64,000 nt of DNA from the human T2T-CHM13v2.0 reference genome, Homo sapiens. Below are positions 14,860-27,242 of this stretch, in pieces. The notes beneath the pieces are model-generated. The model was given only the letters and a program-made list of their open reading frames with translations. It was not told where the DNA came from and did not search any database. Positions within the stretch are counted from its first letter, which is position 1; every line of letters starts with the position of its first letter. The stretch lies in NCBI RefSeq assembly GCF_009914755.1, contig NC_060934.1, one strand, 5' to 3'. The position numbers were made by a program, and so were the translations under genes.

Positions 14860-15780
14860 TAATTAATCTTTTCTTTGTCTACATCTAATCTGCTGTTTAT
14901 CCCAGTCTGTATATTTTTCACCGGACGCGTTTTGGTTTTTATATCTGGGACTTCAACTTGGGCCTTTTTAAAACATATTTTGTGCCTCTGCTTAACACTT
15001 TGAACATATATAGTTGTTGCAATAATTATTTTAATATATTTATCTTCCAATTCTGTTTCAGCACTGGGTATTAATTATGTAATTGCCACACTACCCTGAA
15101 TGCACCCAATGTATTATCTCATTATGGGTCATATGTTCCTGCCTCTTTGCATGCCTATCTTGAATTGTATGCCAGACATTGTATATTTTATCTCATTCAG
15201 TGCTGGATATTTTTCTCTCATAATAAATCCACTTGGGCTTTGTTCTGGGACATAGTTTAGTTACTTGGAAATGGTTTGATACTTTCAGGTCCTGATATTA
15301 AAATTTGCTAGGTAGGATCCATGCAGTGCTCATCAATAAGTCCCCACTGCTGAAGCAAGAGTGTTCTGTGTATTCTACCCCAAACCACCTGAATCTGAAG
15401 GTTTCCAGTGTGGTTGATGTGAACAGGCACTATTCTCAGCCCTGTGTTAGCTCCAGACACTACTATCTCTAATCCTTTGGGTGGCTTGTTTCAAGCTTTA
15501 GGTAGTTTTCTCAGGTATTCACACTGATCGGTACTCAACTGGATCCTTGACATCTCTAGAGCTTTCTCTCCGTATGGCCTTCTTCTGCAGCACTCTGTCC
15601 TAGGACATCTATGCATCATGGTCTCTTCAGGACGTCAATTCAGGGAGCCAGTTCAGCTTTGCCTGGGATACTCCTCCCTGCACCACTGTCTACAAACTCT
15701 TTAGGCAGTAACCTATTTCAGGCAGGAAGGTAAATACAGTGCCTATTACACTATTTTAGCCAGGATGGCTTTCACATCAG
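14860..15780 (-). mobile_element. Old L1 (L1ME/L1MD) 5'/ORF1 region
   Basis: tctaatctgctgtttatccc; catatgttcctgcctctttgcatgcct...gccagacattgt; ctttgttctgggacatagtttagttacttggaaa. ORF 14859..15050 ends GINSRLDVDKEKIN, resembling the ORF1p coiled coil. Confidence 0.7.
15085..15112 (+). pseudogene. 5S rRNA 5' fragment (tailless retropseudogene-like)
   Basis: gccacactaccctgaatgcacccaatgt vs human 5S gccataccaccctgaacgcgcccgatct: 22/28 identical, and 3 of the 6 differences are CpG-decay transitions. Confidence 0.55.
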
Positions 15781-16981
15781 CATGTATTTAAATATTCCTC
15801 TACCCCCCTGTAATTCTTTAAATTATAAGATTTGGGGACTTGCTTAAATCTAAATTCAATTATTTTTGGGGGGAAAACATTTTATAGGACATAGCGTGTT
15901 TTGACAATGCATATGAGCTTAGTAGACACAGAATTTGATCTTATTTCTAGCTGTCTTCTGGGGCTCATTTTATAATAAAACCATTCATAGTTAACATTGA
16001 TGCACAGGTATCTTTGATTCAAAAAATATCCCAGATATAAGGTCAAGTTTTCAGTTTCTTACCAAAACGGAAACTATCTTTACTTTATTGGACACCATGG
16101 GAGGTAATGATAACCGAGGTTGTTAAATTTTTAACAGAACAGAAAAATACTAATTTTCAATGGCTTCTAGGACTTATTTTTCAGCATATTTTATTTCTCA
16201 CTTACACAAATAACAGAAAACCCACCAGACAATGTCAAAAATATAATCAAAATTATATTGTGATTATCATTCATCTGGTTGAAATTACTGTTTGTCTCTA
16301 ATGAAGCATTCACTATTTTACCATAGAAACATCCTTACTATGCCACTACCAACTTTAGAGAATTCGGTCACACCCATTAATGGTCAAGACCACCTTCATT
16401 ATGGCTGTGAAAGAGTCGTGGTTTTGTGGGGTTTTTTTACAATATGAGACAAGGGTAAATAGATATTAGTTTACCTAGCTTGACTCCCACAGGTCTAACC
16501 ACTTACTAATTGATAAGTATAATGCATTTTTATGGACATAAAATATATAGTACAGAGTTTCATATATATTTCCAAATTCAGTGAATTTTTGTAATAATCT
16601 ATGACATATATGTTCATGTCGTTACGATGTATTCATTTATATGACCAAACTTGGGTTACAAATCACATTCAGTTTTCCTTAATTCAGGGAACTTAATATC
16701 CTTTTGGTCAAATAAACCACAGGTCCTTCTGGATTTTTCTCATAGTACATTATACACATACAATGCACAAATAAAACTTTCAAATTCCTTTCACTCATTT
16801 TAGAAAGTAACAACTTAAAGAGAATTGGAGCATAAGACATTTTTCTGGCCAGGAAATTTTATAACTTCTTCTGAGTATGGCAAGGAGTATCAATGTTTCC
16901 ATTGTTGCTTTAAAGCATTCATAGTTATGTTCATTAGTAAAATTGTCCTCACAGGTTGCTAAACAGTATGAATCCAAAGGA

Positions 16982-17167
16982 AATGTATGTAACACTGAAA
17001 ATTAAACTGTTCGAGAAAGCCATGTTCCTATATATATTGTGCCTATTTAGTCTTAACTCCAGCATTACTTTTTTTCAATTGGGTCAAACTTAATTACATC
17101 AGCAGCCTTGTGTGATCAATACAACAATATTTTTGTCCTTTTCCTTAGGTTTCAACAAATTTAATAA
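16982..17167 (+). repeat. Unique segment, donor copy of a local direct duplication (partner 18021-18205)
   Basis: Hand alignment with 18021-18205: about 28 substitutions and 1 indel over ~186 nt. Confidence 0.9.
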
Positions 17168-17759
17168 GCCTTGAAGGTTGCTGAGTTTGCCAACTGCAGT
17201 AAATGCAAAGGGTATATGTTATACTAAATCCAAAATATTTTGAGAATCACAAGTAATATAAAGTGTGCATCATTTTCCCCCAGTAGAAGCTTGTTTTTAA
17301 TAAAGAAGAATTTTGAAGTGGCTCTGCCTTTATTCTGATTGTGTATAAATGTTTTATGTATTATGTGTTGATCTGAAGCAAAGTGCACACTGTACATCAG
17401 CCACATTAATCTCTTTGTATGTGAACAAAGATGAGCAAACAAGTGGGTGATTGCAATTGAAAATAAAATATAGGAAAGGTCAGGATCCAAGAGAAAAAAA
17501 AAAAAACAAAAACAACCAACCAACAAACAAAAAGCTGAAACCTGGCAATGATCTGAAGTATGATTTAATAATTTCAGACTGAATGGGATTATTGCAATTT
17601 TCTAGAACAATATGAATAAAGCAATCATATTTTAACTCCATATGCTAGAATGACTAGAGTTATACTGATAAGAAATCTACCATAATGTATATCATCCTGT
17701 AGATATTTTATTCCATGATGATATGTATTCTAGCCTATGAGGCATAACAAAAAATGGAA

Positions 17760-18260
17760 GGCCGAGCACAGTGGCTTATGTTTGTAATCCTGGCATTTTG
17801 AAGGCTGAGGAAGGAGGCTCACTTGAGCCCAGCAGTTCAAGACCAATCTGGGCAGCAAAGCAAAACCTTGTCTCTATAAAAAAAAATAATAAAAATAAAT
17901 TAGCCAGGTGCAGTGGTATGTACCTGTAATCTAAGAGATTACAGAGAAAGGCTGAGAGTGGTAGGATCACTTGAGTCCAGTAGGTGCAGGCTGCAGTGAG
18001 CCATGATCACGCCACTGCCCAATGTATGTGACACTGAAGGATAAACTGTTGGAGAAAGCCATGCTACTAAATGTATTGTACTTACTTAGTCTTAACTTCA
18101 GCATTACATTTTTCAACTGCGTCAAACTCAATCACATCAGCAGCCTCGTATGATCAGTATAACAATATATTTGTCCTTTTCCCTGGGCTTCAACAAGTGT
18201 AATAATTTAAATTAATTAATTATTAAATGAGATAGGGTGACAGAGTAACAGAATGAGACG
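17760..18260 (+). mobile_element. AluJ interrupted near its 3' end by a ~215 bp insertion
   Basis: AluJ features (cacttgagcccagcagttcaag, gcaggctgcagtgagccatgatcac) run to gccactgccc at 18020. The Alu resumes at gggtgacagag (18235). Confidence 0.9.
18021..18205 (+). repeat. Inserted copy of 16982-17167 inside the AluJ
   Basis: aatgtatgtgacactgaaggataaactgttggagaaagccatg...ttgtccttttccctgggcttcaacaagtgtaataa aligns colinearly with 16982-17167. Confidence 0.9.
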
Positions 18261-18294
18261 AAAGAAAGAGAGAGAGAAAGAGAGGGAGAGAGAG

Positions 18295-18357
<63 letters not shown>

Positions 18358-18374
18358 GAAAGAAAGAAAGAAAG

Positions 18375-18445
<71 letters not shown>

Positions 18446-18480
18446 AAAGGAAAGAAAGGGAAAGAAGAAAAGAAAAGGAG
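18260..18480 (+). repeat. (GA)n/(GAAA)n polypurine tract derived from the Alu tail
   Basis: About 220 nt of purines only, mostly GAAA units with two GA interruptions. Confidence 0.95.
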
Positions 18481-19005
18481 TACTGACACATAAACAGAAG
18501 ACTCTCCCTACCGGGAGTCGGATCAACCAATGTTGTTTTGTTTAATCATCATTGTTGCAATATAGTATACACATCACTAAGTGTACTAGGGACATAACTC
18601 AAAACGTCAGAACAATGATCAGAACATCAGAACAATGATGCTGAGAAACATCATAAAGATGAATTGAGATTGTGCAATACTGTTACGACTAACCATTTTT
18701 TTTCCTCCAAGAAGTTGTTTACATTTATATTGTCATTTTGTAGTTTAATAAAAATGTAAATGCCACTGTGAGTGAGAACAATAAGGAAAACAATGAAAGA
18801 AAAAAAAGAAGATAGGTTCCCCAGAGCACCTGAGCAACAGATGGCAAGGAAGATGGCCTGGGTCCACCGAGGAGGTTTTAGCACTCACATTGCTTTGCAT
18901 GGGTGTTTGAAAGTGGAAATCACCACCTCTATTCCAGAGGCAACTGAATAAAGATGTATTCTTAGTTCAAACACTGTAAAAATGGCCTAAAACAGTAAAT
19001 GGGAG

Positions 19006-19008
<3 letters not shown>

Positions 19009-19056
<48 letters not shown>

Positions 19057-19122
19057 ATATATATACATATGTATATATATGTATGTGTATATATATATAC
19101 TTATGTGTGTGTATATATATAT
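19009..19122. repeat. Compound (TA)n(TG)n microsatellite
   Basis: Read directly. Confidence 0.95.
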
Positions 19123-19476
19123 GCAACAGTATATTGGGAGAAGTAACAATGATAAAAATTTCCTTTAGCTCCAAGGTAGTCATATTGTACTTAAGCACTT
19201 TATTTCATTTTAACCCTACTTGTGCCCATCCTTGATATTTTCACAATTTACAAATTGGTAATAAGGGTAATGTGGTGATGCTTAAATTGAAAAAAAAAAA
19301 AAAGAAACAAAACAAACAAACAACAACAAAAAAACAGTGCTTGTAAGAAGAGGGAGACCTTGAAAGGTCTGTTCCTTTAAACTAGTGCCGGGTAAATGCA
19401 AACCCTGTTGTGGATCTGACTACTAGATGGCAAACTGACTTTTAAACTCATCTTGGAAACACAGATGTAAAGCTGG

Positions 19477-19667
19477 TGTATGAGTATTCTTCCGAACCAA
19501 CAGGGTGTGTATGCACACACACAGAGACTGATTTTAGGAAATTGACTCACAGGATCATGAGGGCTGGCAGTCTGAAATCTGCAGGGTAGGCTAACAGGCT
19601 GGAGACCCACAGAAGTGTTGAGTGGCATTCTTGAGTCCAAAACAGTATGGAGGCAGTATTTCTTTAG
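19477..19667 (-). mobile_element. ERVL LTR fragment (MLT2B/D group)
   Basis: gaaccaacagg...gattttaggaaattgactcacaggatcatgagggctggcagtctgaaatctgcagggtaggctaacaggctggagaccca. Confidence 0.75.
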
Positions 19668-19818
19668 GTTGGAACTGGTTTTGAATAGGTTCCTTTATTG
19701 TGGAACCTGTTTAATAATTTAGAGGAGTTCCCAGGACTATTGCGTAAATTGCACTGGGTGGTACATGCACAGGTGTATTGTACTGGAGATTAGCCAGAGA
19801 GAGTACTGGTGTGTACTG

Positions 19819-19960
19819 CAGTGGTTCTCAGACCTGGCTGCAACTAGGACCAATGGCAGAGCTTTTAAAATGTACCAATGCCAGCCCCTTTTCATCAGTC
19901 TTATTTAATTTGAAAGCTTCCCTTGTGATTCTGATGTGCACCCAGAGATAAAAACCACTT
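19819..19960. mobile_element. MER5-family hAT-Charlie MITE (MER5B-like)
   Basis: TIRs cagtggttctca ... aaaaccact; internal aagcttcccttgtgattctgatgtgca. Confidence 0.75.
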
Positions 19961-20369
19961 TTATGGGAAGTAGAGGTGTCTAGAAATAATTAGGAGAAGT
20001 ATATCATCTCTCATATGTCAAGATATAAACTTGAGCATTGCTCAAGTTCACAGATTTACTATATAGTATCACATTGTCTTGAGTATTTGCCCGGAGCTAC
20101 CAGAAACATTCCTAGATGTAGGTGGTACATCAACAAAACATAATTCTTTCTCTGACATTGATTTTTTACCTAATATAGAGAACAGTTTGTCAAAGGATCT
20201 TTTAAGTGAAAGTAAAATTAATACGATGTAAAATCCATGCTATTCAATGGTATTTCATATTTAAAATAATGTAATACAAGAAAATTCTAACATCTACAAA
20301 TCAGTTACCTTACATTTTCTGAGGGGAAAAAACTTGTCACTGCTTTTACGATATCAGCGTCACTGAATG

Positions 20370-20495
20370 AACTTCATTGTATACATTTATTACATGCCTA
20401 CTGTGAGCTCTGCCTTTCCTTAGACAGTGGGGGTATAATGATTACCTCTAGAATACCTGCCCTCTGGAGCTCATCATTAATGGGGAGCCAGCCAA
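20370..20495 (-). mobile_element. L2 3' fragment
   Basis: catttattacatgcctactgtg...cctgccctctggagctcatc...ggggag. Confidence 0.55.
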
Positions 20496-20799
20496 TACGA
20501 AAATATGCACAGAGATTACTATTTATATCATTTATTTCCTAATTCGGTGAACTACAAACATGGATGAAGTGATGAAAATCAACCTGAAAAATAAGTCACA
20601 TATCAAAACTGAAAATCAAAGTATACTAGAGACAGCTTAATTAACATAAATAAAACCTATCAATAATCTATCAGATATCTACTTTGGCCTAACTTTTATG
20701 TTAAAATTCATAGATCATATAGAGATAATTCATTTTATTTAAGGAGTTTAATATCTAATTGGAGGTAGCAGAAATATTATGTGATGATCCACAATAAAT

Positions 20800-20975
20800 A
20801 AATAATAATAATGGTTACATTTGTTAATCAATTACTACATATTAAACACTTTCAGCGCCTACATCCGCTGACTCACTTAATTTTTATAAAAACATATGAA
20901 GTGGTAACTACCATTTTGCCGATGAGGAAATGTGTAAAATTTGTAAGGGAATTGCTCAAGTTATACAGCTAATCC
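20800..20975 (-). mobile_element. MIR
   Basis: ccattttgccgatgaggaaa core followed by ttgctcaagttatacagctaat. Confidence 0.7.
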
Positions 20976-22070
20976 CTGGTCAAATTAGAATAAAAATAGA
21001 AGATAAGAAAAATTGGAATGGAGAAGAAGGACTCAAGAGAAACGTCTGGCATCGAAACGCTGACTTGAAAATCACTCACATAGAGATGACCATGGAAGAT
21101 ACAGGAAGGAACTGAAATCACCTAGGAAAGAATATAACGGGGAAAAAAGAAAACAGTTCCCATTCTCCCCAGACCCTTTTTCCACTCTTATTCTCCCTAC
21201 TTCTTTCTAGCGTCTCCCACTATGGGCAATCTTTGTCAAGTGTATTACCCAAAACACAGCACACCTATTTATATCTGCCAAGAGAGAAAATAGTCTTTTT
21301 TCAGAGATGTGCTCTTTTTCCCTTTCTTGCCCATACTGAATGCTCCCTGATCTATCCACTGGGAGCCTTTCAGGCTGCTCTATCTACTGGCTCTCAGGAC
21401 ATATTTCACATCACCCTTGTTTTGCTCAAGTTTAGTTATTTATAGGCGTATCTGTCATTCCCAGGGATTGAGTACACCCTCAAGGAGAGTTCCTCAATTA
21501 TAGGTATTAATTTATGAGTTATTCAATAAAAGAATGAATCTCTAGCTAGGGCAATGCCCCAGTTTGAAACAAACAAAAATCCAAGCAAATAAAATGAAAT
21601 CAAAAACCAAAACAGGAAAAGAAAAAAGGCAGGCTGAGGCTAGTTCAGTAAGACTGTGTTCCTGGCAGCAAGATTGGAGCAGAGACAGAGTTGCTGTACA
21701 CTCACTCCCATGAGAGGAAAAGGAAACAGGAGGAAAAGAAAAGCCTGATCTTGGCCTGACTTTTTTTTTTTTTTTTTTTTAACTAGGGCATTGCCCTGGT
21801 TGGAGATTTATTCTTTTAATGATTAATTTGAGACCAAAATATCTACAAAATGAATATTTTATAAACCTTCACTCTCTACAGGTTTAATTATATATTTTAA
21901 TGTCATGGGATGGATGTTAGCCATATTTTATCACTGTTAGTTAAACCATATTTAAGTTCCAGTAAGAGAATGGCAGAAATAAGCAGGATATTTTAAACTC
22001 CAATTGTCTCTCAGACATGAACAAAGCTATCAGAAAAAGAGCAACAAGTTTGACTAAGAATTAAAAGTGA

Positions 22071-22430
<360 letters not shown>

Positions 22431-23779
22431 TTAACTGAGAGAATCATATCCTCAAAGAATAAATGTGGATATTTGTGAATTGTCAGAAATGTGTTAGTAA
22501 ACAAGCAGTTTCTCAAGAGCAGGGGGGAAAAGTTAGTGACAGAAATATGTTCAAACAGCTTTATTCCTAGGAATGTGCTTCCTCAGAGAACACTAAAATC
22601 ATTCCTAGAAAGTTGCCCAACTTTTACAACTCAGATAAGTCTGCCTAGTGACTTTTCGTTGTCGTTGTTGTTAGGGCATTAGATCACAAGAAGGAAAGTA
22701 GAAAATGGAATTTAGAACACTTTGATTTCTTTTCAATCATAGTTTAAGCTAGGATTGGAATTTTGAGCTGAAAGCTAATTCCTGAGTAGCATTAAATTTC
22801 CTACCTCCTTGCAGGGAAAGGCCACAATATTCTTAAATTTTAACTTGTGGGCGAAAAATTGCAAAGCTAAAATGGGTTTTGAGGTCTGTTTCCTGCTGTG
22901 AAACATAGATTATAGAACTTACTTTGATTCTAAAATAGAAATACATTTTTTTATCTACCATAATGTAATTAAAGCAAATGTTTATCTGAACAGTCTAAAT
23001 AAAGCATTTTGGGTTATTGTTAATTGTTATCCTCTGCTACAGATTTTGTCTAAGGTTTAGTCTTTAGTGATAACATAATAAAACACCTGCTTTAAAAAAT
23101 ATTTGAATTTCATTTGAGATTTATAGGTGGTATTCAAGCCAATTAATGTACTAACAAATTAACAGGGTTTTTTACTTGCTCAAATTTAAGAAAAACATTC
23201 TACCCTGAACTATATCTCCAGCTTTAAAGCAAGAGAAGAATCATAATACTTATCTCTTATTTTCACACACTGTCACCTAATTAATTCTTGAAAAGCTTGG
23301 GGAATTGTGCTTTGATCCTGTTTTTAAGTTATCAAAATTAGCTTTATGTTCATCAACTATGGGCTGTTAAAACATCAACTGTCATAGTGAAAAAAAAGTG
23401 TTTTTTTTAAAAGAAGCATCTGATAAATTGGAATCAAATTAACGTTTTAAGCTGTCATTTTAGGAAACAAAAAATCAAGAAACAATGAAACAGAAAAAAT
23501 ATTAGGTGGAGCTACAGATCTACAAGTATTGAAATCCAAGGACAGAAGAAGAGTGGCTTATGGATGATACAATAGAGAAAAGGAAACAAAATACAGAGGC
23601 AACAGGTAGCTTGAAAGAAACTAACACCTGTATTGAAAATTTACATTTCCCTGGTTTTGCCATATTTAGGTATTAAAATATATTTATAGCTTTTTGTGCG
23701 TTAACTTGCAACAATCTGCTTTATGATTATTTTCCATATTTTTAAGCAAATTGTTGAAAAATATTTATGTATGTATATA

Positions 23780-24890
23780 TGTATGCATATATCTGATCTG
23801 AGCAATAACTAATAATTTTTATAGAAATACATTTCTAATTTTTTCTAAACATTGCTGTTTCCCTTGCCAGTATGTTAGAATTGTTTTCATTACAATCTGT
23901 AAGGATATGCTTCATTGTTTATATTGCTATTGAATATTATTGAATATTGCTCAGTTTTATATAATTATTTTCCATTAAGGAAATTTAACTTGTGTTCTAT
24001 TTTTCCCCTTAAAATTAATGCTGTGAATGTTATCATCCCTATAAAGTTAAATATTTTCAAGATTTCCACTTCTACTTAAGGGGTTTTCATTTAACTATTT
24101 AATTTTCAAGAATAGTATGCATATATTTTACATCTCAGCTGTTTATTATATTGCCACAACCATTATCTCCCAAATTGTTAATTTTCATTTTCTCAAAATT
24201 TTAATAATGTTACTTACGGTTTTTAGTATTTGTGCCATACTTAGAAAAGCCAATATATAAAATTAAATATTAAATTTAATATTCTAATTATTACACTAAA
24301 GCAGTATGTATTCATCTTTCCTCCTGGTGTTTCATGGATTTGTTTTTTCCACTTTTTAAAAATATTGTAATTGCTTTTTTACCTAGAAAATATTATGGCT
24401 TAAAACATCAGATATGAATCTAATTTTTTCTCTTTTCTCTAAATAGTTAAGTATTTGGTAGATGCAGTGTCTCATGCCTGTAATCCCAGAACTTTGGGAG
24501 GCTGAGGCAAGCAGATCTCTTGAGGTCAGGAGTTCGAGACCAGCCTGGCCAACATGGTGAAACACTGTCCCTACTAAAAATACAAAAATTAGCCAGGTGA
24601 GGTGGTTTGGCCTATAGTCTCAGCTACTCGGAGGCTGAGGCAGAATCTCGTGAACCCAGGAGGCAGAGATTGCTGTGAGTCGAGATGGTGCCACTGCACT
24701 CCAGCCTGGGTGACAGAGTGAGAATCCCTCTCAAAAAAGAAAAAAAAAAAGGTCAAGTATTTGTCCCTACCCATTTATTAAATAGTTCATTATTAGCTTG
24801 ATAAATGAACAGAAATCCATATATTCTTAAATTCTTCCTTCTATTTATTTTAAGTAATTTATTATCATGATAGTTTGATTAGTATACTTT
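23780..24890 (-). mobile_element. Highly decayed L1ME (host of the Alu at 24456)
   Basis: ttccattaaggaaatttaacttgtgttctattttt...taatgctgtgaatg; atacttagaaaagcc; accatttattaaatag-like text. Confidence 0.4.
24456..24750 (+). mobile_element. AluS (Sx/Sz-like)
   Basis: ttgaggtcaggagttcgagaccagcctggccaacatggtgaaac, A-tail, and TSD gt(t/c)aagtatttg on both sides. Confidence 0.93.
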
Positions 24891-24897
24891 GATAACA

Positions 24898-25548
24898 GTT
24901 TTTTTAAAATTGCCTTTAGTTTTTAGGGAGGTGTTAAGTTCATAGCAATTCCATGCAGAAGGCTTTTATGCATAGCCTCTTTTACTGTCAACATCTCTTT
25001 GTTGAGTGGTGCATTTGTTATCATTGATAAACCTACAGTGACACGTCAAATGCACCCAACGTGCACGGTTTACATTAGAGTTGACTCTTGCTGTTGTACA
25101 TTTTATGGGTTTGGGCAAATGTATAACAACATGCATTCACAATCAGACTATCATACAAAGTTGTTTTCACTGTCCTAAAAACCCTCTGTGCTGCACCAGC
25201 TCATCCCTCACTGTTCCCTAAACTCTGATTTTTTTTTTTTTTACTATTTCCATAGATTTGCCTTTTCCAGAATGTCATATGGAAGTTTGGAATCTTAGAA
25301 TATGTAGCTTTCCAAATAGGCTTCTTTCACTTTGTAATATGTATTTAAGTTTCCTCCATGTCCTTTTATGTCTTGATGGCTAATTTGTTTTTAATGCTGA
25401 ATAATATTCTGTTATATGGATATACCACAGTGTGTTTGTCCATTCACCTACTAAACGATATATTGGTTGTTTCCAAGTTTTGGTAGTTATGAATAATGCT
25501 GCTTAAACATCTGTACTGATTTTAGTGTGAATATATGTTTTCAACTCA
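24898..25548 (-). mobile_element. L1MC1/2 3' end
   Basis: gtggtgcatttgttatcattgataaacctaca...tttacattagagttgactcttg...gccttttccagaatgtcatat...ccattcacctactaaa. Confidence 0.85.
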
Positions 25549-25988
25549 ACAATATGTTTTAATAGCTCATACTGTTACTCTTTTTCCCCTAAAGTTTCTT
25601 GACTAAATTTATAGATTCACATATACAAAGTTTAATTTTACTTTAATGAGTATAAAAGTTGTGCTCTTTTAGTTTATTAGGGCTTATTAAATAGCCTTTA
25701 GTTTGTAGAAAGATTTTTATTAAGAACCAACATTTTCAAGAATAGAATAATGTAGAATGTGACAAAAATCATATAATTTATGAATAAGTCATATACTGTA
25801 TAATCACTACATTAACCATGACTGGCTAAGTTTACGCAGGGACAGTTCATGTTCACATTAATTGTTAAAGAGTTTTCATTATATTATTAACTGATTAAAA
25901 TTTGTAATGTTTTTGATGTTTTTATCTGGAATATCATTGCCCTCCATTACTGCCATGGCCTGATGAAACCACATTCTGGTTAAATCCC

Positions 25989-26042
25989 TGTTGGCTAGTC
26001 TGGTCTCGAACTCCCAACCTAAAGTGATCCACCTGCCTCGGT
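25989..26042 (-). mobile_element. Short internal Alu left-arm fragment
   Basis: tgttggctagtctggtctcgaactcccaacctaaagtgatccacctgcctcgg; no tail. Confidence 0.85.
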
Positions 26043-26121
26043 TGGGTAGTTAGTTTGTGAACACAGGAAAACAGATTATTTTTTCCAAATTGAATAACTG
26101 AATATTATAGCGGAAGCTATT

Positions 26122-26618
26122 GATGTTCTAAACAAGGTCTCTTTGCCCACGCCCACCTTGCCATTTACTTGCAACTGTGAGATACAGTTTCCCCAAGTTC
26201 ACAACTTCTACTTAAATCTTTGCCTCTCCCCTTATATGCAGGACTATTTTTGCTGTAACCTGGGGATCTTGCCCATTTCAAATGAGCCAAACTAAAGTTA
26301 GATGTGTTTATGCCCTGGGAAAAGTGAAAGGTGACTCACGGCCAATATGGAAGGAGGATGGTGGTTTTATGCCCAGTTTCCCCATCGTCTGGTGAGATAT
26401 TCTGAAGCAGGCTACAATAGGGTTTCTCAGAGTGTTCTCAGTTCATTTGAATTCCAGATTTTCATAGTGGTAACTTGCTCGTTAGTACAACCTACTGTTT
26501 GTCTCCATTCTCTTACTTTCCCTCTCTCTTTGTGCTTTCTGAGATCATCTCTGAAATAAATTAACTATAGCCAAGTAATTTTTTAATCTCTGCTTTTAAA
26601 GGAACCTCATCTAAGGCA
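26122..26618 (+). mobile_element. ERVL solo LTR (LTR16-like)
   Basis: 3' signature gagatcatctctgaaataaattaacta...tctgcttttaaaggaacctcatctaaggca; internal catagtggtaacttgctc. Confidence 0.7.
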
Positions 26619-26852
26619 TGTATCTATTAAATTTGCTTATATCCCATTTAAATTAAATATTTTTTTCAGATTTCTCTACAGTGCCAATTATGCTTTCAAC
26701 TTAATCAGGAACATGTTGAGAATAATAAGTTTTTCCATTATGATTATGTTTCTTCACATTTCTCCTAGTTTTTAATTTCAATTTTCATTTTATGTATGTT
26801 AATGCTATGCTATTTGGAAGAGAGTTCTTCAGAATCATAGTTTTGAATTAGC

Positions 26853-26873
26853 TTTTTTTTTTTTTTTTTTTTT
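26853..26873 (-). repeat. T21 tract (poly(A) on the minus strand)
   Basis: Read directly; 79 bp from the tail of the AluY at 26953. Confidence 0.9.
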
Positions 26874-26910
26874 GAATGGCTACCAGAATCCTGACTCTAA
26901 TAATAGGTAG

Positions 26911-27242
<332 letters not shown>

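Noticed and set aside
17130-17216. Plus-strand exon after ttttccttag|
   Set aside because: All three frames stop and the donor is weak; mentioned only as part of the duplication donor.
18212-18530. Overlapping F/L/S-rich and K/E/R-rich ORFs
   Set aside because: They are translations of the (GAAA)n tract.
18940-18965. AATAAA as a poly(A) signal
   Set aside because: AATAAA is frequent in DNA this AT-rich and no linked exon could be supported.
18962-19235. Y/I/H/V-rich ORFs
   Set aside because: They are translations of the (TA)n(TG)n microsatellite.
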